From a virus (Duplodnaviria > Caudoviricetes), in IMG/VR virus record IMGVR_UViG_3300009609_000004, positions 1 through 62,220 of that record: 62,220 nt of DNA; one strand, 5' to 3'. This document shows, piece after piece, positions 27,390 to 37,841 of this stretch (position 1 is the stretch's first letter; each line of letters opens with the position of its first letter). The notes beneath the pieces were generated by a model, which did not search any database, was not told the origin of the DNA, and worked only from the letters and a program-made list of their open reading frames with translations. The position numbers and the translations under genes were made by a program.

Positions 27390-27698
27390 TCACACTAACG
27401 GCAGACTGCGGCCGGCCTTCTCGCTGCCGAATCGGTACTGCATCTTTACTACTTCGAGTTGCGCCTTTGCCGCGTTGCAGATTGCATTCGCCCTGCCGAC
27501 TTCGATTCTATCGGCCGCGATATCCGCCATCAGCGCAGACATACCGTGCGCGAACTCCCTCGCGTTGGTTATTCCCTTTTCGGCGATTTCGAGAAATCTT
27601 GGGGCGACTTTTTTTGGTGGCTTCGTTCTCGATGTCCAAGTGGTTCTCGTCCTGGAATACAACGAGTTTCTTTCCGCACAGATGACACTGGACTTCAA
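27390..27698 (-). CDS. Hypothetical protein (start uncertain)
   Basis: Helical C-part MSALMADI...ANAICNAA; overlaps an alternative ORF at 27508..27759. Confidence 0.4.
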   Translation of the reverse strand: MKSSVICAERNSLYSRTRTTWTSRTKPPKKVAPRFLEIAEKGITNAREFAHGMSALMADIAADRIEVGRANAICNAAKAQLEVVKMQYRFGSEKAGRSLPLV

Positions 27699-27956
27699 CC
27701 TTTTTGCGGTTGAAGCGACGATGGATAAAACCGTTGGAGCAGCGGGTCTGCATCGTCATGGCTGCGTCTCCATGTCGAAGATCACGCTGGCGATCGAGCC
27801 GTCACCCTTTGCGGGGACGCTGACTTGCTTTACCTTCTTATCTTTGATGAGTTCGAGCACATACCGGTCGTCGGAGGTTTCGGCCTGTAGTTCGACTCGG
27901 ATGCCGCCGTTGATCGTGGTCACGACTTTCATCGTGTGGTCCCTCTGAGAAATGCG

Positions 27957-29030
27957 TCAGTCGGTGACGCGGGTTATGGAAAATGAGAACCGCCCTGCCT
28001 CGTCGACCGTGCGATACCTCTTGGCCTCTTCCTCCGGGATGTCCAGTGTTGAGTTCTTGCCCCAGCCGCACTCGATTAAGAATGCGCCGGCGATGATCTG
28101 TTTCTTGTTCCTGCCTTTGAATTCCTTCGGCGTCATCCGCTTCAGGTACTCCGCGAGGTCGTCGTGAACGTCGTCGTATTCGCCTTTGCCGGGCTTCAGG
28201 GTCTCGTGCTGCTCGATCTGAGCCAGAACCTCATCCTGGGTGATGATCGACGCGCCATCGTATGAGAGTGGAGGGTTGCAGGCACTGCCGAAGAACGAGC
28301 AAGAGCGACATTCGCTGGGATCGTCTACGAAGGGCGGCAGAAGCGCGGCCTGAACGATGGACATCGAACGATCGATGCCGATAGCCTCTGCTTTCATTAC
28401 GGCTTCACGGGCATCCTGCGCGATCTCAGCTCTTCGAAGAAAATCCTCAACGCGCTCGAGGTGGTCGAATAGACGAACCTCGATCGAGCGCGGAATACCA
28501 GGCCGGTCCAGCAGCATGAATCCAACAGGCTCGTTAGTCGCGAGCAAATAAGACAAGAGTTGCATTGCCCCTTTTCGCGTCCAGCGATTCGAGAAAAGAT
28601 CCTCAAATGTCTTCACGTTCTGGATCAGATTCGGGTGCCAGGATTTCGTTTCAACCGGCGCGGATCCTTTCTGGCCGACAAACTTCAGCCGAAAGTCCAC
28701 CTTGCCGACAATGACGACGCGGCCCTTCTTGTCGCGCAACTCGAACCGTTCCTCGGCACCGACAACATCGAACGGTGGATTGCACAGCCGGCCGACCCTG
28801 GTCATGTCTGCCTTTAAATCCCGGGCCCGATCGTTGCCGCGCCGGAAGTTCGCGAGGGTATCGACTGGAAACTGCGGCCGTGCGTCAGGCACAAGCATGT
28901 CGAGAGCCATCGATCGAGTACACGCCGACCAGGCCGAGGCGTACACATGACTGCGTGCGCCTTGCAAGGATCGGCGCTCCTCGGTCTCGATAAAGGATTC
29001 GTAGGCTTGCTGGATTGCGTCGGCGTTCAT
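27957..29030 (-). CDS. Cas4-like/PD-(D/E)XK exonuclease
   Basis: C near the N-terminus, GKVD...ETKS, QLLSY and C-x2-C-x5-C cluster. Confidence 0.75.
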   Translation of the reverse strand: MNADAIQQAYESFIETEERRSLQGARSHVYASAWSACTRSMALDMLVPDARPQFPVDTLANFRRGNDRARDLKADMTRVGRLCNPPFDVVGAEERFELRDKKGRVVIVGKVDFRLKFVGQKGSAPVETKSWHPNLIQNVKTFEDLFSNRWTRKGAMQLLSYLLATNEPVGFMLLDRPGIPRSIEVRLFDHLERVEDFLRRAEIAQDAREAVMKAEAIGIDRSMSIVQAALLPPFVDDPSECRSCSFFGSACNPPLSYDGASIITQDEVLAQIEQHETLKPGKGEYDDVHDDLAEYLKRMTPKEFKGRNKKQIIAGAFLIECGWGKNSTLDIPEEEAKRYRTVDEAGRFSFSITRVTD

Positions 29031-29290
29031 AACTTGTGAATATCCTTCGTGAAGAATTGAACGAGTTGGGCATCGAGGCGCTCAAGGTAGCCAACGCCTT
29101 CATCGTCACTAACTTCCGGTATCTCGAATTTGATGACATGAAAGAGGCTCGCGACACCCGCCATGAACGATTTCTTCATCTCGACGTGCTGGATCGTCGG
29201 GGCGTCAACAGGTACGCAGTTCCCCTCCCAATCGGTGTGCATTTCTTCGAGTGTTGGGAATTGGCGGCGAACAAAGTCCGGCTTGTTCAT
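29027..29290 (-). CDS. Hypothetical protein
   Basis: Q..EMKKSFMAG motif; ATGA-coupled. Confidence 0.6.
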   Translation of the reverse strand: MNKPDFVRRQFPTLEEMHTDWEGNCVPVDAPTIQHVEMKKSFMAGVASLFHVIKFEIPEVSDDEGVGYLERLDAQLVQFFTKDIHKL

Positions 29291-29495
29291 TGGGAGCTAC
29301 CCTTCCGCTCCCAGAGCTCGCCGAGGCCCATCAACTCGCGGTACTTCTTTTTACCGGGTTCATGTCCATGCGTGCGCCGCAACAACGCACGGAGAACCTG
29401 TCTGCTTTCCATCCCGAAGAATCGAGCCCTGCGATCGTCTTCAGTTGCGTGCTTTCGGTGCTCATAAGGGACTTGCCTGCCTGCTCGTGATTTCT

Positions 29496-30383
29496 TCATC
29501 CATCACTCCCAGGTTCCCGCTTCGACGCCTTCTCTTTCTCCAGCCGCTCGACAAGCGCAGCGTGCGACACGAAACTGCTCGTCTTCTCGTGCGCTTTCCA
29601 GTTCGGGCAGTACCAGCCGGGCTGCTTATCCTTGCCCATCTCTTTCTTGAAAGCCATCGTGGTCGTCTTCGGCGGGTTCAGCGACAGGCACACATCGCAG
29701 ATTGGATAGTCGGCTGGGGCAATGCCATGATCGGCAGACTCAGCGCCGCGGCGCTCGCCAGATGATCCGTAGCCGAATCCCTTCGTGGCGAATTTCTCAA
29801 AGTCCTTGTTACCTGACACCGCGATCAGCTCTTCGAGGGGCACATTGTTCAGACCTGCGAGGTTCCTCACGATACGGCCTTCGCAGTTCGCCCGGGCCGC
29901 CTTCTTCACTGCCACCTCGCGCTGTATTCCGTCCGGCTTCTCCTGCGCGTAGCGCTCGGTAGAGTACCGCGTCCCTTCCATGCTCTCGACTGTGCGGCGC
30001 GTCACGCTGCAGTAACCGTCCGCGATGACCGTATAGGCGTAGCTTTGCCCGTCCTCGGAGTTCTCGCGGACAGGCGCGGTGATGTTTGTGACCTTCACGC
30101 CCCATAAATCCATCAACCGCTGACAGCCGCCGTCCTCCAGGTACGCTCGCACCTTCCCGTCGCGGTCCTTGTTCAAGATCCAATCGGATGGGTGTGTCTG
30201 CTTGATCGATGCCGCGCGCAGCGTTCGAATGATCTGCACGCGGGATTCAATGATTGCTTTCGCCTGCTCCGGCCCCAGCGCCGCAATCTCTTCAACCGTG
30301 ATCGGAACATCCGGGCGCCGCAGATCGAGAGCCTCGTCTTCCTCAACCACTTCCGGCTCATGAACGATGTCAGCTTCTGCCAT
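29496..30383 (-). CDS. Possible ssDNA-annealing recombinase with C-terminal Zn ribbon
   Basis: Near the exonuclease gene; AVKKAA motif; CxxC...YCP; C-terminal REPGSDG. Confidence 0.45.
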   Translation of the reverse strand: MAEADIVHEPEVVEEDEALDLRRPDVPITVEEIAALGPEQAKAIIESRVQIIRTLRAASIKQTHPSDWILNKDRDGKVRAYLEDGGCQRLMDLWGVKVTNITAPVRENSEDGQSYAYTVIADGYCSVTRRTVESMEGTRYSTERYAQEKPDGIQREVAVKKAARANCEGRIVRNLAGLNNVPLEELIAVSGNKDFEKFATKGFGYGSSGERRGAESADHGIAPADYPICDVCLSLNPPKTTTMAFKKEMGKDKQPGWYCPNWKAHEKTSSFVSHAALVERLEKEKASKREPGSDG

Positions 30384-30767
30384 TGCTTCCTCCGAGTTTC
30401 TTCAGGATGTTTTCGGCAAAGGCAATTTGCCCAGCACCGAAATCTGTTGTGGGCATGGACTGCAGGACGTCAATCGTCGCGCTGCAGTAGGACTCGATTC
30501 CTGCGATTTCCTTCTGGTAGTTCCGCCGCGTGCGCTTGCGTTTTCCGGTTGTTCCGGTGAGTGTGGATTGTTGCTCAGCCATTGGACTCCTCCTTGACGA
30601 ACTTGAGGTCGTATTTAAGGTCGCAGAGTTCGATCCATTCCTCCCTGGACATCTCGATATGTGGGCTATTACCACTCCCTGAATAAATGACAAGAGACAG
30701 CGTGTCCGGTTTCTCGGTTTCACAGACCGAAAGGTATACCCCATCTTTCGATTTGGTTTTGTAGCCT

Positions 30768-31205
30768 CTAAGCACGGTTCGCCTCCGCTTGGAATTGCTC
30801 CCCAACCATCGGCGTTTCCGCAATCGCGATGATCTCCTCGGCGTGATTCCGCTTCATGTGCCGGATGGTGTTCTGAAGCCGGATGATGTGTTCGTTGCGC
30901 TCGGTGAGAGCGTCGGCAACGTGGCCATTTGCGAGCTTGTTCCGCTCCTGCGCCTTGATGCGTTCCTGATCGCGGATGATGCAGATCATGTTGCGGACGC
31001 GGCGAAGGGCCTCCGTTCTGCCGCCATTACGGAATTGAATTCCGTCGAATAAGTGCGGGAATTCGTCAACTGGCGCGGACGTGGTGGCCTCGTTGAAGCG
31101 ATCGACAGCCGTTTTCAGGTTTTTCAGTGACGGCGGGGTTTCGCCGGTCAGGCGGCGTGCGACTTCGCGCTCGATTGATTTCTTCTTCATTTCGATTTCC
31201 TTCAT
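30768..31205 (-). CDS. Hypothetical coiled-coil protein
   Basis: AGGAGG RBS; ATGA-coupled. Confidence 0.6.
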   Translation of the reverse strand: MKEIEMKKKSIEREVARRLTGETPPSLKNLKTAVDRFNEATTSAPVDEFPHLFDGIQFRNGGRTEALRRVRNMICIIRDQERIKAQERNKLANGHVADALTERNEHIIRLQNTIRHMKRNHAEEIIAIAETPMVGEQFQAEANRA

Positions 31206-31363
31206 TTCGATTTCCTCCTGCTTCTGCCTTTCTTGCGAGGGCGCCCGCCCTTCATTCCATTTCGGGCTGAAGAACGGGCTTTACGTGGAGACGTAACTGA
31301 GCCGCGGCAAGCCGGGCAAAAGCAAACAAGTTTGATGTGATGGATTGGGCAGGTTGTTCTCAT
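31202..31363 (-). CDS. Small basic DNA-binding-like peptide (53 aa), not in the ORF track
   Basis: CPIH...CPAC plus KARSSARNGMKGGRPRK; starts 8 nt after a -10 box. Confidence 0.6.
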   Translation of the reverse strand: MRTTCPIHHIKLVCFCPACRGSVTSPRKARSSARNGMKGGRPRKKGRSRRKSK

Positions 31364-31371
31364 GAACCGCG

Positions 31372-31400
31372 AGACTACCTTGCTAGGTTTCAGTTGTCAA
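31372..31400 (-). promoter_or_regulatory. Sigma70-type promoter for the recombination operon
   Basis: TTGACA-17 nt-TAGTCT on the - strand. Confidence 0.7.
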
Positions 31401-31435
31401 TAAAAACAAACATGGTAGCGTAAAGTATCCCACCA

Positions 31436-33705
31436 CTATATCAACTCGCGCTTCGCCTCCTTCATTCGCGTTGTCATTTCTTCGCACAGTTCTGCAGCAT
31501 CGTCTTCGATCCCCTGCAACAACACAACGAAGCCGCTGAATTCGGGTGTCCCTGGTGGAACAAGCCCCAGTAGCGCCATGATGGCCTCAAGCTCGTCGCA
31601 GAGTTTCTGAATTCGTCGTAGGTCGCTTTCGGTCAACGGAATCATTGCTTCCATGTCTGCCCTTCAATGCCATGACCTGAAAACAAGGCCACGGCAAACC
31701 GAAAAAATTATATGCGTCAGGTTAATTGATCTCGGATGCCTGTACAGAGATAACCTCGGCGCGAACCTCGACGTTTGCGATGATTCCCTGCTTCAGGATC
31801 GACTGCAGGCACGCATTGCCGTATGCCAGCGCGAAGAACGTCAGAATTGCGGCATTCTCGCGGACCTGTTCAACAGTCGCCCCCGCCTTAGTCGCCAGCA
31901 TCTCTTCGCCGATTGCGCGGAACTTGTCCTGGATATGGGCAAACGCTTCGATACGTGACGGCATGTCGAGTGCCTGGCCGATGCTTCCGCCTAACATCGT
32001 CAATAGCTGTACGGTGGCCTCCTCGATCGATCCGATATCGGCAAGCCCATTTGAAAACTGAAGTACGACGCGCGGTTTCTCGGTCATCATCGCGTAAGCC
32101 TTTCTGCCGTTTCGGCGGCGGACTGAATGATTGCCCGGCCGGTCTGCCGGACGATTGCCTTGATATCGGCTCCGTGCATGATCTCTGTCACGGCGGCACC
32201 GATAACCTGATTAACGTGGTTGTGGAGTTCGAAGAGTTCGTCGCAAACCTTCACGCGTTCATCGCGATCTGGCAGTGTGTTGGTTTTCAGCACGGGATTG
32301 CTCCTGTTGCAGTTTGTAGAGTTCAAGGCCACAGTTCGGGCAAGTGACCATGTCCGGATCCTTCGTTGTCGCTCCAGCGTCAAAGATCGAGGATCCGCAG
32401 AGCGTCGTGAAGGATTCGGTGGTTGGGATAAAGCAGCGCGGCTTCGGTCTCTTCTTCATGGCTGAATAATCACAATCCGCTTAACTTCCGGAATCAGTGC
32501 GCAGATTTCCTCAAATGTCGGCGCTGCCTTTTCGTTGAGAAATTCGCGTTGCAGGGCGTCAGCATTGCCGCGCGCGAATTCGTGTGTCCATACCGGACGA
32601 TGGAGGCACTTCGAAACTGCTTCTTGGAAGTCCGCCCAATCCATACACAGACGCTCTTCGAACAGTTGAAAACTAACAATGGCTTCAGGTGGCTGATTCT
32701 TCCACCATCCGGTATTCGCTAGAGCAATAGCTTCTTCTTTTGTCATCGCGTAAGCTCCCAGATAATCAGAACAATTCCGAAAACCGCGAATGCCGGCGTG
32801 AGCATCGCGACTGCACGCAGTGTTTGATGCCGAAAATGTTTGCGCAGGTACAGCCGCTCACACGTTCGGCACGGCGTTACGAGTGGCACGCGGTGATCGC
32901 AGACGGCGGCAGCGACGCGGCGGTAGTGAATGACGGCGCTCATTTGCGCTTCCTCGCGGCCTTCTTCTCGGCGCGTTCCTTTGCGACACGTTGCTTGACG
33001 GCCAAGGAATAAATGGCCTCAATGGTGATGATCTCTTCGCGTCGGGTTTTCGACGGTCTCAGTCCGACAATGCCGCCAGGGTACAGTGTGATAACCAGCG
33101 GTCGCCGTCGTGAGCCGTCGCGGATTTCGTTGTCGGTTCGGCGGGTGATGGGCTTTGTGAGTGAGGTCATAGCAGCCTCCGATTCTGGCTCGCCATGTCA
33201 GCGAGAACCCACCGCGCGATCTCATTGTCAGTAAGAAACCGAATCCATGTGAACTTGACACACGGACAAGCCGTGCATTTACAAGCCGTGCATTTACCGT
33301 GGCCGATTGCGCCGGCGTGGTCGGATATTTGCCCGTCGCCAGCATGGCCACACCTGCAAAGTGATTTCGGTGCTTTTTCTTCAACGCTCAAAACAACCTC
33401 CGGTTAAAGAGCGGCGACATCGCCAGCCGCTCGGTGTCAAAGATTTTGCCTTCACGGAGGCTCACATCTTGGCGGCCTCCCGTGAAGGCGTGAGTAGCGG
33501 TCTCGGTCGGCTGGTCCGGAGTTATTTCAAGTCTTCGCTTGTCCTGGACCAGGCTGGCGATTTCGGCCTTGAGCGTGACCAGTTCGGCCTTCGCTAAAAT
33601 CATGGCTTCGCGGTGCTCCTCGGATTCCTTCCGCCGTTCAGCGAAGCAAACGAAACCGAAATCACTGTCAATCGCCCGCTCGATCTCCAACCGCATGTCG
33701 AGCAA
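31436..33705 (-). other. Block of about 8 small, mostly coupled hypothetical ORFs
   Basis: 31436..31654, 31722..32090, 32087.., 32456..32746, 32743..32943, 32940..33170, 33167..33391 and 33388..33705, mostly with ATGA-type overlaps. Confidence 0.6.
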
Positions 33706-34044
33706 AATGTCTCTTACATATCCGTCTGGCGTGCTTCCGATGATGTCCGCCAGAAGTTCCTTTTCGTCGGCTTTGGGTCAAGTGGCCTGCAATTGTTTTC
33801 ATGCTGCCATGTAAAGCAATCCTGCCGCCAAACACGCAAACATCTGAAAACTCAAACACTTGACCATGAAAGGCAAACATTACCATTCGGAAAGTGACGA
33901 AATTCCGCATTGGTGGCTCCACATTCTATGTGCAATCAATGCTTCATGTGATCAAATAGGCGTGTGTATTCAATTACTTGAATGAATGTTGCCGAAAAAC
34001 GGCATACGTCCTTGACGTTTTACGGCGCATGAATGGATGTGACA

Positions 34045-34074
34045 TGGCATAGCATGGTAATGTAGACTATGCCA
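34045..34074 (+). promoter_or_regulatory. Inverted repeat overlapping a probable leaderless promoter
   Basis: TGGCATAG-N14-CTATGCCA; TAGACT -10 box 7 nt before ATG 34076. Confidence 0.5.
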
Positions 34075-34075
34075 C

Positions 34076-34582
34076 ATGATACATATCGCCTTCCCCGTAG
34101 ACACAACAATGGATGAGCTTATTGATGCCGCAAGACGCGAGTGGGCGCGAGCCAATATCCAGCAAGATGAAAGTTATTTCGCCTTCGCTCAACGGATCGG
34201 CGTGTCGTACCGCACCGTGCTGCGGTGGATTGGCCGGCAAAGCACGCGGCCCAATATCGTGCGCCGGGCATTGGAGCGACGCAAACCAACCCAGCCGTTC
34301 GATATCGCCGTGCTACCAAAGCCCCTGCAGTGGTCCAATGCCGAGATCCAGACATACTACGGTCCACTCGTGTATGTCGTACTGAAAGATGGCCATGCCC
34401 AATACGTCGGATCTTCAAAGATGGGGGCCTTTCGCTTATTCAATTCACACGACCACGAAGACGTTATTCGTGCAGCCTCCGCGATCCTCTTCTACCGATG
34501 TCCCACACGCGCCGACGCTGCACGTCTCGAAGCACAACTGATCCGACAATACGAGCCACTCTTGAATATCAACAAGACGTAG
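34076..34582 (+). CDS. HTH plus GIY-YIG nuclease-like protein
   Basis: FAQRIGVSYRTVLRW helix-turn-helix; VYV...YVGSS...R...E..LI....P.LN GIY-YIG pattern. Confidence 0.7.
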   Translation: MIHIAFPVDTTMDELIDAARREWARANIQQDESYFAFAQRIGVSYRTVLRWIGRQSTRPNIVRRALERRKPTQPFDIAVLPKPLQWSNAEIQTYYGPLVYVVLKDGHAQYVGSSKMGAFRLFNSHDHEDVIRAASAILFYRCPTRADAARLEAQLIRQYEPLLNINKT

Positions 34583-34653
34583 CACCCCCTACCTCCCCAA
34601 CGCTAAATCGGTATACGATACCCATCCATGACAGCCATAGGGTGTATCTCGTA

Positions 34654-35187
34654 ATGCCAGTCTTGGACCGTGCGAACTGGGAAGTCTACGCACAAAACCG
34701 CGCAGCCGGCAAAAATAAGTCTGTAAGTGCTCGTAACGCTGGCTATAGCGATTCATGCGCTCACGTCCAGGCCAGCCGTCTCGAAAAGAAACCTGAAGTG
34801 ATAGCCAGGATAAGAGAGTTATCCGACAGGGCTAATAACATCGCTGTTGCGAATGTGCAGATTTCGCGTGAGTGGGTCTTATCTGAACTCGTATCACTCG
34901 AAGCGATCGCGAAGCAAAAGCAGCAGGTCTCATCCGCCACACGATGCGTTGAACTCGTCGGTAAAGAGCTCGGCATGTTCCAGGACGTCATCCCGCGCGA
35001 GATGTTCAACCTGATGATGGCTTTGATGGGTGCCACGGTGACCAGGTACGTGAGCGATCCCGCAATCCTCGAGCGAATCATCGAAGAGTGGGAGAAGATC
35101 AGCGTGGCTCAACCACGAGAACTCAAAGCCGGCATGGTGGTTGTGTCGAAGGGCGATGAACTCGTACCCGATATCCCGTCTGAATAG
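34654..35187 (+). CDS. terS: Terminase small subunit
   Basis: SARNAGYS...ASRL...PEVIARIREL...ISREWVL.EL...ELVGKELGMF signature; start ATG 34654. Confidence 0.8.
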   Translation: MPVLDRANWEVYAQNRAAGKNKSVSARNAGYSDSCAHVQASRLEKKPEVIARIRELSDRANNIAVANVQISREWVLSELVSLEAIAKQKQQVSSATRCVELVGKELGMFQDVIPREMFNLMMALMGATVTRYVSDPAILERIIEEWEKISVAQPRELKAGMVVVSKGDELVPDIPSE

Positions 35188-35439
35188 GAAATCGTTATCC
35201 GACGCGCACGGCCTAACTCTAACCCGTGGTCGATCACTATCTATTCCACGCGCATATTGCTGACCATTTTCAGACACAATTCAAAAGCCTCAGGGAAAAA
35301 ACCGGTTTCATCGAACACCCACCCCCTCTCCCGCACTACCCATACATCCCCTCTCTTCATGTCTCCAGGGAGGGGCGGCCCAAAATCACTTAAAACCAAC
35401 TTTTAACCATCGTCTGATAATGGTATTGTTATCCAGACA
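35177..35439. promoter_or_regulatory. res-like serine-resolvase binding sites
   Basis: CGTCTGAATA-N8-TTATCCGACG (35177-35204), half-site TTTTCAGACA (35267-35276) and CGTCTGATAA-N8-TTATCCAGACA (35411-35439). Confidence 0.6.
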
Positions 35440-36020
35440 TGGGAGGGTTTATGAAACGAGTAGGGTTGTACGCGAGAGTATCGACGTTGGATGGCCAGAC
35501 GACGGAAACGCAGCTGCGGGAGTTGCGAGTGTTTGCGGAGCGGAAGGGTTTCCAGGTGGTTCGCGAGTACGTTGACGAGGGTGTCAGTGGAGTGAAACAG
35601 AGTCGGCCGGCGCTGGATGAGTTGATGCGCGATGCCAGGATGGGGCTGCTCGATGTGGTCGTGGTTTGGAGATTTGATCGATTCAGCCGGTCAGTGTTGC
35701 ACCTGGTGCAGTCGCTTGAGGAGTTCCGTGCGTTGCAGGTGGATTTCGTGAGCCTGTCGGAGGCGATCGATACGTCAACACCGATGGGCCGGATGATCTT
35801 CACGATCACGGGGGCGTTTGCGGAGTTTGAGCGGAACGTGATTCGAGAGAGGGTTGTTGCTGGGATGGGCCGGGCCCGGGCTGAGGGGAAGCATTTGGGC
35901 AGACCGCGGAGGATCTTTGATCGCGATCGCGCGAAGGAGTTGAAGGCTTCAGGGATGAGCCTTCGACAGATTGCGGAGGAACTGGGGGTTGGGAAGGATA
36001 CGGTGAGGGCGGCGCTGTGA
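35439..36020 (+). CDS. Small serine recombinase (resolvase/invertase)
   Basis: YARVST, RPAL, DRFSRS, AEFER, LGRP motifs and C-terminal HTH; true start probably ATG 35451. Confidence 0.93.
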   Translation: MGGFMKRVGLYARVSTLDGQTTETQLRELRVFAERKGFQVVREYVDEGVSGVKQSRPALDELMRDARMGLLDVVVVWRFDRFSRSVLHLVQSLEEFRALQVDFVSLSEAIDTSTPMGRMIFTITGAFAEFERNVIRERVVAGMGRARAEGKHLGRPRRIFDRDRAKELKASGMSLRQIAEELGVGKDTVRAAL

Positions 36021-36523
36021 CGGATCGTCTCGCAGTTGCGTTGGAATGGGCGGCCACGCTGGCTTCCGGATTAAAGCCCAGGCGTTCACACTCCGCGCTG
36101 GTTCAGGCGGACATCGATCTCGTTGACGCTATCTTCAGGTCCAGGCGATCCAGAGCGCAGGTACGTCATCAGAATCGTAGAGGTCTGAAACTCCAAAGTT
36201 CCGGTGAGTTCACACGCGAGGAGTGGCTGCACCTTGTCGAGTCTTACAGTGGTCGGTGTGCCTATTGTGGCGCTCAAGAACCGATGACAGTTGATCATGT
36301 AATTCCGTTGAGTAAAGGCGGGTCGAACGGCATCGAAAACATTCTCCCTGCATGCAGGCCATGCAACACGAGCAAAGGCACAAAATCAGTGGAAGAATTC
36401 ATCATGGGAAGAAGGGAAAGTGGGGAACTGGTGCGTGCTCACACATCACCTGTATGCAGTCCGGACAAACACGTAAAAAACAACGGGCTTATTTTAAATG
36501 CCACCGATTTCGCGGCAGGATGA
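36017..36523 (+). CDS. HNH endonuclease
   Basis: CAYC...DHVIPLSKGG...N..PACRPCN.SK. Confidence 0.9.
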   Translation: MTDRLAVALEWAATLASGLKPRRSHSALVQADIDLVDAIFRSRRSRAQVRHQNRRGLKLQSSGEFTREEWLHLVESYSGRCAYCGAQEPMTVDHVIPLSKGGSNGIENILPACRPCNTSKGTKSVEEFIMGRRESGELVRAHTSPVCSPDKHVKNNGLILNATDFAAG

Positions 36524-36995
36524 GCGTAGGACGCGTTTTAGTAGTCCGGAAAGGGATGGGCACACTTTGGACCAGAGGGTGTTTTACACGAACGCGAAAG
36601 CGGGTTTACGGAAGCAGGGCGTTATTGGGCCTTTTCCGAGTTCCGTCCGGGCAGGTGTTTGCCGCCCGGCTGTAATGATGGGAACCACATCGCCGCCACC
36701 GGTTTCTGTATAGCCGGGGTTTCGCTTCGCTGGCTCCTCACGGTTATCGGAGCGGTCGTGCGCTGGTACGTCCGTTTCCCGTCAGGCAAATCCTGCTTTG
36801 CCCTATTGCGATTTAGCTTCACGGCGGGCCGCCGGTCGGTTTTTTCTGACGACACCCACGCAGAATCACTCCACATGGGGCGTTGAAGTTGCCGGATCAC
36901 CGATGGGGTTGGGGCGGCGGCACTCCTCGTAAATTCGGCCGCAACTCTATCGCGCATCATTGCAATTCTCAACCCTCTCTGGAACCTCGTTGAAA

Positions 36996-37361
36996 TCACG
37001 ATCGTCGATCTTTCAATGGATTGTGCTGAAACCTTGGCGTCGTCCACCACGCGCCTTTCAGCGGCTTCGGCGGCTTCCTCTCCTGCTCCTGCTGCTGCTG
37101 CTGCCGCTCGAGTTCTTGAACAACCGGCTTTGTCACGAAAATCGTTTGATAGCGGTTGCAAAACTCTCGTACTGTCTTCACCGCATCCAGGAATCGGCCG
37201 GCAAAAATCCAACCACATCGCCGCGTCGAAAGTTCTTCGTTGTCATTAGGAAGTACAAATAGAACTGGGCGTGCGAGTGTGCAGGTTAGCTTGATATCGG
37301 GATCGAAGGAAAACTCGCTGTGGTGGCAGTCGTCGCAGAGCCTTTGTATCGATATCGTCAT
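36996..37361 (-). CDS. Cys-rich hypothetical protein with poly-Gln tract
   Basis: CDDC...C...C motifs; QQQQQEQE from a CAG repeat; TTGACA upstream. Confidence 0.5.
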   Translation of the reverse strand: MTISIQRLCDDCHHSEFSFDPDIKLTCTLARPVLFVLPNDNEELSTRRCGWIFAGRFLDAVKTVREFCNRYQTIFVTKPVVQELERQQQQQEQERKPPKPLKGAWWTTPRFQHNPLKDRRS

Positions 37362-37703
37362 CGTGCTTGCATTTCTGCATATAAAACACTACCATGTCAA
37401 GTGTTTGGTTCCGTGTCGCAGCGGAACCAGAGTTCACTATCTCATCTGCATCGAACCCCGGCCCTTGAAAGCCGGGGTTTGGTGCGTCTGGACCTGTTTG
37501 CACTCCCATGTTGCGGAAACATTCCCGGCGGAACATAATGCGCGCATGGGACCACATGACTTCGAAGTGATCATGGCGCTGCGTGATGCGATCGGAATTC
37601 TCGTTGTGTGCCGGCATCTTTGTCGCGATTACGAGGGCGGCGCGCTGCTTGATCGGGTGCGTCGCCGCGTTCTCCAAGGTTTACCGGTGCAGTCAAGAGT
37701 CCA

Positions 37704-37841
37704 ATGAAGCTCTTCGTCAACGTCGCCCAGGCGGTCGCGATCGCTGGCCTCACCCCGCGGCATTTCACGCGGAAGTACGTGGATACCGGCATGCTGAAGC
37801 CGCTTCGCCCTGACTGGACCATGATCCGGTTTCGCGCTTAG
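37704..37841 (+). CDS. Small winged-HTH (Xis/MerR-like) peptide, not in the ORF track
   Basis: MKLFVNVAQAVAIAGLTPRHFTRKYVDTGMLKP; ATGA-coupled to a 53-aa ORF from ATG 37546 behind TTGCGG-17-CATAAT. Confidence 0.4.
   Translation: MKLFVNVAQAVAIAGLTPRHFTRKYVDTGMLKPLRPDWTMIRFRA

Noticed and set aside
34225-34653. Long N-terminal extension of the TerS ORF in the track
   Set aside because: It overlaps the HTH-GIY-YIG gene in another frame and looks non-protein-like; TerS similarity begins at ATG 34654.
37453-37480. Hairpin AACCCCGGC...GCCGGGGTT resembling IS200/IS605 ends
   Set aside because: No TnpA, TnpB or IscB gene and no second end is visible; more likely a terminator or regulatory hairpin.
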